Assembly: GCF_009914755.1 (NCBI RefSeq)
Contig: NC_060942.1
Reading direction: 5' to 3' (one strand)
From: the human T2T-CHM13v2.0 reference genome, Homo sapiens
DNA: 64,000 nucleotides
The notes under the pieces are model-generated. The model saw only the letters and a program-made list of their open reading frames with translations, ran no database searches and was not told the origin of the DNA. A program made the translations under genes and the position numbers. This document shows positions 53,916-64,000 of the stretch, piece after piece; position 1 is the first letter of the stretch, and the number at the start of each line of letters is the position of its first letter.

Positions 53916-56895
53916 ATTTTTAAAAGGAGAACAGAAAGAGAAAGAAAACAAAAAGCTTATTTAATAGAACAATGGCTAAAAACTTCCCAGATCTGGAGAG
54001 AGATATGGACATCCGAAACATAAAACGTAGTCACATACAGAGGTTCTGTCCAGTTAAAAGAGGAAATTCACCAAGGGACATTAAAATAAAACTGTCAAAA
54101 ATAAAAACAAAGAATTGTGAAGCAGCAAGAGAAAAGAAGCTCTTCTCATACAAGGGAATACTGATTTCAGCAGATTTCTCAGCAGAAACCTTGCAGGCCA
54201 GGATAGAGTGAGATAACATATACAAGGTGCTGAGAAAAGAAACTGTCAACCAAGAATATTTTGCTCAAAATATCTGCCCTTCAGAAATGAAGGAGAGATA
54301 AAAACTTTCAGGCAAATAAAAGCTGAGAGACCTCATCACCACTGGAATTGCCTTGAAGAAATCCTGAAGGAATTTCTTCAAGCTGAAACAAAATGATACA
54401 AATTAGTAACATGTAAATATGTGAAAGTATAAAACTCACTGGTAAGGAAAATGTATATTCAAATTCAGCATACCCTAATAATGTCTTGGTGATATATAAA
54501 TCACATAACTCTAGCATAAAGGCTAAAAACAAATTTATTGGAAAAATTATAACTAAAATAATTACGTAATGAATACACAATATAAAAATTGTAAATAGCA
54601 ACATCAAAAACATAAATGGGGGTAAGGTTAAAGGACAGAGTTTTTATACATAATCAAAGTTATTTTATTAGCATAAAATAGACTGTTAAATTTTTTTTGT
54701 AAGTCCCATGGTAACCACACAAAGCAAAAACCTGTAGTTACACATAGAAGATAAAGACAAAGTAATCAAAGCATATCAATATGGAAAAATATTCAAATCA
54801 CAAAGGAAGATGTAGCAAGAGATGAAGAAAAAAAACAAATAAATACAAAGCAGCCAGAAAGCAATGAAGATAATGGGACTAGTAAGTTCTTACCTATCAG
54901 TAATTACTTTTAAGGTAAATTGATTAAATTCTCCAATCAAAGACAGAGTGTCAGAATGGATAAAAGAACAAGACTTAACTATTTTCTGCCTACAAGAGAC
55001 TTTCTTCAGCTTTAAAGACATGGATAGGCTGAAAGTGAAGGATGGAAGAAAGATATTCCTTGTCATTGGAAAGCAAAAGAGAACAGGGGCAGCTATACTT
55101 ATATCAACTATGATAGGCTTTAAAAAAAAATATAAAAAGAGACAAAGAAAATTATAATATAAAGATAAAGGGGTCAATTCAAGAGAATATAACAATTTTA
55201 AATATATATGCACCTAAACTTGGAACATTTAAATATAATATGCAAATATTAACAAATCTGAATGTAGAAATAGACACCAACACAATAACACTAGGATACT
55301 GTAATATCTTACTTTCAGCAATAGATAGATCATCCAGATATGAAATCAATAAGGAACCCTGGACTTCAGTTACACTTTAGACCAAATCAACTTAATAAAC
55401 ATACACAGAACATTTAATCCAACAGCAGTAGAATGCACATTTTTCCGAAGTGCATGCAGAAAATTCTCCAGGACTGATCATATGTTAGGTCACAAAACAA
55501 GTATTTAGAATTTTTAAATATTAGAACATATCAAATATGTCTCCCAACCACAATGATATGAAACTAGAAATCAATAATAGGAGGAAAGCTAGAAAATTTA
55601 CAAATAAGTGGAAATCAATCATCACACTCTTGAATAATTAATGGGTAAAAGAAGGAATCAAAAGACAAAAAAATGTTGAGACACATGAAAATGGAAACAC
55701 AACATATCAAAATATTTGGGATGTAGCCTTTATACCTCAAGGAACTAGAAAAAGAAGAAAAAGCTAAGCCCAAAGCCAGCAGAAAAAAGAAAATAACAAA
55801 GATCCAGAACAGAAGCAAAGGAAATACAGACATGAAAAGCAGTAGAAAAGATTAGCAAAACTAAGAGCTGGTTTTTTGAAAAGACAAAATCTACAAAGCT
55901 TTAACTAGACTAAGAAAAAAGAGAGAAAACTCAGATAAATCAGAAAGAGGAGACATTACAATTGATATTGCAGAAATAAAAATAATTATAAAAACTACTA
56001 TGTGCAATTACAGCTAACAAATTAGATAATGTAGAAGAAATGAATAAATTCCTTAAAACACACACCCTGCCAAAACTGAATCAGAAAGAAATAGAAAATC
56101 TGAATAGACCTATAAGAATTCAGGAGATTGAATTAGTAATCAAATATCTTCCAACATAGAAAAGTCCAGGACCAGATCACTTCATGAGTGGTTTCTCCGA
56201 AATATTTAAAAAGAAATGCCAATCCTTCTCAAACTTTCCCAAAAAAATTGAAGAAGAGGAAACACTTCCAAACTTGTTTTACAAGGCCAATATTATCCTG
56301 ACACCAAAAGCAAATAAGGGCACTATGAGAAAAGAAAATTACAGGTCAATAATTCTAATGAATAGATGCAAATATCCTCAACAAAATAGTAGCAAAATAA
56401 ACTCAACAACATATTAAGAGGATAATTCACCATAACCAATGTGATATTTCCCTGAGATGTAAGCATTTACCAGAACAATTAGGCAAAAAAAGAGAAAGAA
56501 ATAAAAGGCATCCAGATCAGAAAAAAAAGTAAAATTATCTCTGTTTGCAGATGACATGATTCTATATACAGAAAATACTGAAGCATCCACACAGAAAAAA
56601 TTATCACAAATAAATATAGTAAACTTGTAGGATACGAAATTAACATACTAAATGAGTTGCATCTCTATACATTAATAACCCGATATCTAAAAGAGAAATT
56701 AAGAAAGCAAGACCATCTACGGTAGCATCAGAAACAATAAAACACTTAGGATAAATTTAACCAAGGAGGTGAAAGATCTGTGTACTGAAAGTTGTAAAGC
56801 ATTGATGAAAGAAGCTGAAGAAGACAAAAATAAATGAAAACATATCATTGTTTTGGGATTGAGAGAATAAATATTATAAAAATATCCATATTATC

Positions 56896-57323
56896 TGTGA
56901 TGGTTAATACTGAGTGTCAACTTGATTGGACTGAGGGATACAAAGTATTAATCCTGGTGTGTCTGTGAGGGTGTTGCCAAAGGAGATTAACATCTGAATC
57001 AGTGGGCTGGGGAAGGCAGACCCACCCTTAATCTGGGGGACACCATCTAATCAACTTCCAGTCATTATAAAGCAGGAGACAAATGTGAAAAGGAGAGACT
57101 GGCCTAGTCTCCTAGCCTACATCTTTCTCCATGCTGGATGCTTCCCGCCCTCGAACATCGGACTCCAGGTTCTTCAGTTTTGAGACTCGGACTGGCTCTC
57201 CTTGCTCCTCAAATTTGCAGACAGCCTATTGTGGGACCTTGTAACCATGTAAGTTGATAGTTAAGAAACTCACATACATGTATATTACCTATTCTGTCCC
57301 TCTAGAGAACCCTAAGTAATACA
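56896..57323 (+). mobile_element. MLT2A (ERVL) solo LTR
   Basis: tgtgatggttaatactgagtgtcaacttgattgga...tctgtccctctagagaaccctaagtaataca. Confidence 0.93.
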
Positions 57324-57404
57324 CTGCCCAACGTGATCTACATATTCAATGCAGTCCCTATGAAAATTTCAATGGCATTTTTCACAGAAATGAAAAGGAA
57401 ATTT

Positions 57405-57693
57405 GGTCCGGCATGGTGGTTCATACCTGTAATCACAGCATTTTGGGAGGCTGAAGTGGGAGTATGACTTGAGGTAGGGAGTTTGAGAAGAGCCTGGCCA
57501 ACATGGTGAAACCCCATCTCTACTAAAAATACGAAAAATTAGCTGGGCAAGGTGGCACGCACCTGTACTCCCAGCTACTTGAGAGGCTGAGATGGGAGAA
57601 TCACTTGAACCTGAGAGGTGGAGCTGAGATCATGCCACCACACTCCAGCCTGAGCTACAGAGTGAGACTCCATCTCAAAAAGAAAAAAAAAAA
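57405..57693 (+). mobile_element. Alu (S/Jb-like)
   Basis: Dimeric Alu with A tail inside L1 ORF2. Confidence 0.92.
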
Positions 57694-57974
57694 GAAAATC
57701 GTAAAATTCATATGGAACCATAAGACTCTATAAATACAAGCAATCTTGAGAAGAATAAAGCTGAAGGCATCATGCTTCATGCAACTGTATCACAAAGCTA
57801 TAGTTATTAAAATAGGATCATGGCATAAAAATAGACATTAGAGCAATAGAACAGCATAGAGAGCCCAGAAATAAAACCAAGGGTGCCAAGAATGCACAGT
57901 GACAAAAGGATAGTCTCTCTAATAAATGATGTTGGGAAAACTATACATCCACGTGACAAAAAAGAAAAAGAAAA

Positions 57975-58406
57975 GCAAAGACTTGGAACCAACCCAAATG
58001 TCCAACAATGATAGGATGGATTAAGAAAATGTGGCACATATACACCATGGAATACTATGCAGCCATAAAAAAGGATGAGTTCATGTCCTTTGTAGGGACA
58101 TGGATGAAGCTGGAAACCATCATTCTCAGCAAACTATCGCAAGGACAAAAAAACAAACACCGCATGTTCTCACTCATAGGTGGGAATTGAGCATGAGAAC
58201 ACTTGAACACAGGAAGAGGAACATCACACACCGGGGCCTATCATGGAGTGGGGGGAGGAGGGAGGGATAGCATTAGGAGATATACCGAATGTAAGTGATG
58301 AGTTAATGGGTGCAGCACACCAACATGGCACATGTATACATATGTAACAAACCTGCACGTTGTGCATATGTACCCTAAAACTTATAGTAAAAAAAATTAA
58401 AAAAAA
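57975..58406 (+). mobile_element. 5'-truncated L1PA4/5-like element
   Basis: gcaaagacttggaaccaacccaaatg...gtaacaaacctgcacgttgtgca...poly-A. Confidence 0.93.
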
Positions 58407-60254
58407 GAAAAGGAACTACACTCCTATATTATACCACATACAGAAATGAACCAGAAACGGATTATAGACTTAAATGTAATACCTAGTACTATAAAATTTA
58501 TAGAAGAAAATTTAGGGAAAGCTCTTTAAGGTTGGTCTTGGCAGTGAATTTTTGGGTATGACACCAGAAGCACAGGCAATAAAAGCAGAAGTAAACACTT
58601 GGGACTACCTCAACTGAAAAAGCTTCTGCCCAGAAAATGAAACTAGAGGATATTATGCTAAATGAAATAACCTGGATGTTATTGTATTGTGTCACTTATA
58701 TGTGGAATCTTAAAAAAAATATAGTCCCACTCATAGAACCAGAGAGTAGAAAGATGATTGCCAGGGCCTGGGAGATGAAAGAAGTGGGACGATATTGGTA
58801 AAAGATGTCAAATTTTCAGTTATAAGATGAATATGTTCTGATGATCTAACATACAGTCTGGTGACTACCGTTCATAACACTGTGTTAATTAGCTTGATAT
58901 GTTTATGTACATATATCGAATAGTCATATATATACTTTAAATGTATAAAATAACATTTGTCAGTTTTACAATAGTACTGATTATAGTCCTTCATTTTACG
59001 TTTTCAGCCAAAAGCTGAAGAAAAATTGAAACGAGGGACTATAATCAGTACTATTCTTTACTGCAGACAAATTTTACTTGGGAAGTAGAGAGATTCTTTA
59101 GGGATTAAGTTTTGATCATGCTGATTAAAGTAAAACTCTCCTAGGATGTGTTGACGTGACCTAGAGAAAAAAAAAAAAACATGAAGAGAGCTCATATTGA
59201 GTATGCTTGTGCATTAGGAAATATCTGTCAACAATAAATGCAGGGCGGAAGAAAACATTATAAACCAGAATATTATAAGCAGATTTTTGTGTCACAAGTG
59301 ATTCTTTTTTTTAACACATCTATTTATTCTAGTAAATGTTGCTATTTTACCAGGATCCTCACTTTTTAAATTCCATTCTATTCCCCATCTCTAACAATTT
59401 TCACCACTCTTTTTCCAGACCTTTTTGATCTCATCCATCTTGAGGGATGCGGCCTAAAGCACATACAGTCCTCCAAATAAAAAGTAATGCCGTGTTACAA
59501 AACAGGTTTCCTATTTTGATGCACCTGGACATACCGAGGACTAAACTGTCCTTAGAAGGGATGTGCACATTCACATCAAGACACAAGACAACACCATCAG
59601 ACTTCTGGAAATTATTTAAAACTTAAGTTTTGGTTATGGATTACTGTTGGAGCCACATCTCTGAAGGACAATAATAAATGGATTCCAGACACATGGACAG
59701 ACCCAGAAGACTCCAAAGCAGGGGCAATATTGCCTGTTTCTAGCAAACCCATAAAAATGAAACAATTGGGCACCAATTGTTTTAGAAAAGCCCACTCTCT
59801 TCAAATGTGAGATGAAAAATGAGAAGAAAAAGGTGTTAAGAAGGACCTAATTAAGAATTTTCATGTTACGTATTTGAACAACTTGACTCTGATGCAACAT
59901 CATGATGTAGGGAATGGTTCAGAAGTCATACTCGTGAAGTAGAAAGAAAAGAAAAACAAACAGAAAGTTGCACCAGAATTAGTGTGGCACTGGTTTATTT
60001 CCTACCTGATTGTAAAGGAAAAATTGAGATATGCTAATTTATCATGCAGCCGCATAACTTCATAATGCAAAATTTATGAGAAGAGATGAGAGGAAATTGG
60101 AGAGGAACATTATGGGAGCAATAAATACTTATATATACTTATATATAATACTTATATATAATTGCAAATATTATAATGCTGTTGCATATTAGTTGAGACC
60201 ATTTAGGTGATTATTTAGGCTAAAAGTATATATATATATATATATATATTTAAT

Positions 60255-60347
60255 TAAAATACTATTTAACTGAGCCTCTTGTAGGGGTTAAGTACCCTTC
60301 TAGGTATTGGGGATACATCAATTTCCCATATAAAGATTCCTGTAGAA

Positions 60348-60407
<60 letters not shown>

Positions 60408-61530
60408 ATATATATATATTCTATATATGTAGAGATCTATATATATATTTCTATATATATAGATCTCTATATATTTCTATATATATAGAGATCTATATAT
60501 ATATATTTATCTCTCTCTCTATATATATAGAAAATTTGGGAAACATCAATTTCCCATATAAAGATTCCTGTAGAAATCTATATATATATATATTTCTCTC
60601 TCTATATATTTCTATATATATTTCTCTATATATATTTCTCTATATATATTTCTATATATTTTCTATATATATATTTCTATATATATTTCTCTATATATAT
60701 TTCTATATATATTTCTATATATATATTTCTATATATATTTCTATATATATATTTCTATATATATTTCTATATATATTTCTATATATATATTTCTCTCTAT
60801 ATATTTCTACATATATATTTCTATATATATTTCTATATATATATATAGATATAGATCTATATGTATATAGATTTCTACAGGAATCTTTATATGGGAAATT
60901 GATGTTTCCCAAATTGCTGCTTTAGAGTTTATATTTTAGTAATGGAAAAGGCAGACAGTAAATAATATGCAAAATAAAGTAGTGAAATTCAGAGTATGCT
61001 AGAAGATTTTAAGTGCTATGGAAAACAATGGAAAGATTGAATGGGGGCAAGAGGCATCAGTCCCTCTGGCACAGCAGAGTCGGGGGTCCATTTGCTATTT
61101 TCAGTAGAGTAATCAGTGTAGTCAGTAGTAATAGTAGTGGTAGTCATCAGTAGGTCTCACTGATAAGGGGAAATTTGAACAAAAACTTTAAAGGAGATGA
61201 GGAAGAAAATTATGGAGATACTTGGGGAAATTGGATGGCAAGTAGAAGTTTTTACCAGTATGTGATCTCCTGAAATGAAGATATGCTGGGGTGTTCAAGG
61301 AGCAACTCGGGAGCCGGACTGGCAGCTGCAGGGGGAAGCAGGAGGAGGGATGTGGAGAGATTACGTCTGGGGCTGGATCATGGTAGGTCCCATAAGCCAG
61401 CAAAAGGACCTTGGGCTTTTCACATGACTGACAAGAGAGGCTATTTGGGGGCTTCAAGGAGGGAGTTTTACAATTTGATCTGGCTTCTCTGTGTTGAGAC
61501 TATCAGGAGGTGGCAGAGTGGCTTAAAATA
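60255..61530 (-). mobile_element. L2a relic interrupted by the palindromic TA array
   Basis: tatttaactgagcctc...ctaggtattggggatac | gctttagagtttatattttagt...aagtgctatgg...gctggggtgttcaaggagcaa. Confidence 0.75.
60315..60915. repeat. Palindromic AT-rich repeat complex: (TA)n/(GA)n/(TATATTTC)n with three copies of a 35-52-bp unique unit
   Basis: Perfect 52-bp IR at 60533-60584 / 60864-60915; identical 35-bp copy at 60315-60349. Confidence 0.95.
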
Positions 61531-61556
61531 TTAAGGAAATTAAATAATATCATCAG

Positions 61557-62039
61557 ATGTGTTTCCTTGGGCTGCTGCAACAAATTACCACTAACTGGGT
61601 GTCTTCAAACAACATCAGTTTATTCTTTCACAGTTCAGGAGGTCAGAAGTCCGAAATCGAGGTGCTACAGTGCTGATTCCTGCTGGAGGCTCTGAGGGGA
61701 ACTAGTTCTATGCCTCCCTCCCACATTCTTGTGGCTGCAGGCAGCTCTTGGTATTCCTCAGCTTGCAGAAACATCACTCCACCTTCAGCTTCTGTTGTCA
61801 CATGACCTTCCTTGTGTCTTCTCATGGTCTTCCCCACTGTGTATGTCAAATATCTCTCTCCTTTCTCTTAATGAGGATGCCAGTTATTAAAATGTAGGGC
61901 CCACCTTAAATCCAGGCAAAAGTCATTTCAAGACTTTTGCCTTAATTACATCTGCAGACTCTATTTCCAAATAAGGTCACATTCACAGGTACCCAGGGTC
62001 AGGATTTAGACCCATCTTTTTGAAGAATGCAACACTACA
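61557..62039 (-). mobile_element. MLT1C/D solo LTR
   Basis: gggctgctgcaacaaattacca...ggaggtcagaagtccgaaatc...ctatttccaaataaggtcacattc...caacactaca. Confidence 0.88.
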
Positions 62040-62284
62040 TTCATATTTTGTCCAGAAAGCTGACTTCAGGGTTGGTTAGTTTTGAGGCATAGTTATGTCA
62101 TCTGGGACTCAGAATCTTTCTGCTTTTTTTTTTTTTTTTCTTGTCGCCATCCTTAGTGTTCTGTTTCATCTTCAGTCTATCTTTGTAGCCTCGAGATGGC
62201 TGCAACTGTTACTGATGTCAGGTGCAGCTACGCCAACATCCTTAAGAAAAAAAACAACTGTCCCTCCCTTGTGTTCTTCTTGAT

Positions 62285-62395
62285 CCCATGAGGGCTGGAA
62301 TTTGTTTGTCTCTTTTATTCACTGCAGTCTGCCCAGCACCCGGAGCAGTGGATGGTACATTGCAGTGCTCAGCAAATATTAGTTGAATGAATTAT
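62285..62395 (+). mobile_element. L2 3' end
   Basis: cccatgagggctgg...ttcactgc...gtgctcagcaaatattagttgaatgaa. Confidence 0.75.
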
Positions 62396-62525
62396 TTTGC
62401 CAGGATTCTATAGCATGCCCATGCTTGCACCAAAGCAAAGTTTATGGGAATAGGTGTGAGGGCTTTGAACAATCAACACTCCTAAGGCCTTAGCACCAAA
62501 GAGGCAAAAGCTTTGTTGCAGAGAC

Positions 62526-62550
62526 AAAAAAAAAAAAAAAAAAAAAAAAA
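62526..62550. repeat. Poly-A tract (A25)
   Basis: Seen directly; not attached to a recognisable Alu or L1. Confidence 0.85.
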
Positions 62551-63639
62551 TCAGTCCAATTAGAAAGGAAAAAATAGCAGTGGAAATGGTTATTGGATAA
62601 CTTATTTCAATGTTTTACAAAAGAATGTGTCAACTAAGTTTTGGTATACACAGAATTGATTATTTTCAGGTTTCTGATATGACTCAATGACACTTAAAGA
62701 GAAGTAAGTCATATATACATGTGATTCCTTACAGAATTTCAAGCATTCGTCACTGCCTACATTTCAGCGTGGACTCTCATCCTTCTTAATATCTTGTTTC
62801 TCATGAAATTCCTGCATAAATCCTCATGTCATGCCATCAGCTTACATTGTACCTTTAGACAAAAACTATTTCCATAAAGGAATAATGTATTGATTTAATA
62901 AACTAGTTATAAACCATTAAATGATTTGGAAAAGACAGATCAATTCTGTCAAAACCATGGGATCATCTTTTATGAGCAAAGATTGAAACCACAGTGATTT
63001 TTTTCTGAAGTAATTCAGAAAAGTAATTAATCCCCTCAGTTTTTTTTTCTAAGTGTTCTCCTATCAAGTATTACATAATATATTAATATCATGACATCAT
63101 AACATCTGTTTCCCAAATTAATGCCTCTGGGGTCCACACTATTTTCTTCAATATTCATGTCAAGATCAATCAACTACAAAATAATTGCTATGAAATAGCT
63201 CTCAATATGTGTGTACCTTCCCATATGTGAATATAATTACAGTGTTTATTTTATATAATGCCTTATGTGCCTAGATGGATTTATTCAGACACTTGAAGAC
63301 TTAACAACAAAAACTAACCACAGTCTCTATTGTAGCAAAGGGCTGCAGAAGGAAATGAGGTGTAAAATAATCTCTCTATGTGGTTAGTGAGTCACCCTTT
63401 CAGGATTATTGATTGTCCTGCTAAGTGGGCAATTAAAATGAAAACCAAAGAGCTAAATATCCTCATACAAACATACAGACACTTATTTGAAAATTTACAA
63501 AGCAAACTCATTAAAATACCTTCTATTCTTGAGCCTTGCCTTGAAGGTGAAATGGGATCCTGAAATTTGCTATATTCAGCTCATCAGAATTTATGGATGA
63601 ATACTCACTACCCTGGGAGAGGAAAGCAACAGAGACAAG

Positions 63640-63990
63640 AAGAAACAAATGAACGTATTCAAATCCAAATCGTGGAGCCTGATGGCTTGCATCCCAGAGT
63701 TTTTAAGGGATTGACTTGTTATTTTGTTGCAACTATTACAGCTGAAGAATCGATATTGGAATTGTGCAGTCCCTAAAGGCTGAAAAAATGGGAGTTTCTT
63801 AATTAAACAATAGCCGTGGAGGTGGGACTCATTAATATAAAACAGGAAATGGTAGAAAATACCTGGAAAAGTAGTTGAGAAGGATGAACAGAAACATCTA
63901 AATTTCTAAAAAGATTGTAAGTACCTGGGATTAGGCCACACTGTTTTCTAAAGAACAGATGCTTCATATGAATCTGTGACAAGCTGGGGA
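63640..63990 (+). mobile_element. Possible CR1/L3 relic
   Basis: gagcctgatggcttgcatcccagagtttttaaggga (PDGLHPRVFK) resembles the CR1 GPDGxHPRVLKEL motif. Confidence 0.5.
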
Positions 63991-64000
63991 AAACAGTAGA

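Larger units (their letters stand above)
48001..58970 (+). mobile_element. Near full-length old L1 (L1MA8/9-like): 5'UTR, ORF1, ORF2 and 3'UTR relics, heavily nested
   Basis: Start caagatggcggagtag; ORF1 relic (ISADFSAETLQAR at 53972-54211); endonuclease relic (EWIKEQDLTIFCLQET at 54948-55157); RT relic near 56200-56400; L1MA-type 3'UTR at 58640-58970. Confidence 0.88.

Noticed and set aside
53972-56417. L1 ORF1/ORF2 peptide fragments
   Set aside because: Riddled with stops, frameshifts and deletions; a dead element, not a CDS.
60585-60850. Regularly spaced repeats suggestive of a CRISPR-like array
   Set aside because: Simple TATATTTC-type microsatellite without unique spacers, in eukaryotic DNA with no cas genes.
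60536-60925. Opposing ORFs with identical N-termini ([16 protein letters not shown])
   Set aside because: An artefact of the 52-bp inverted repeat and TA low-complexity sequence.

Overview
AT-rich, repeat-dense primate (very probably human) intergenic or deep-intronic DNA. I can support no protein-coding gene, RNA gene or CpG island. The supplied ORFs are chance frames or translations of Alu, L1, LTR and microsatellite sequence. Much of the window is transposable-element relics: Alu J/S/Y, nested L1MA/L1PB/L1PA/L1MC, THE1/MLT/MER50 solo LTRs, MER5/MER20/MER58/MER96B/MADE1, MIR, L2 and L3. All family calls come from remembered consensus motifs, not database searches. I see no new gene system; the interest is structural. 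(1) A ~295-bp, ~92% identical inverted duplication (39681-39975 / 44304-44602) brackets a 4.3-kb segment, the signature of an invertible segment. (2) A ~1.9-kb L1PB-linked retro-transduction carries L2-containing foreign DNA into ORF1 of an older L1. (3) A perfect 52-bp inverted repeat plus a third copy surrounds a TA-rich array (PATRR-like). (4) A tiny polyadenylated retro-insert splits a MER5A. (5) Several small template-switch palindromes and duplications are also present.
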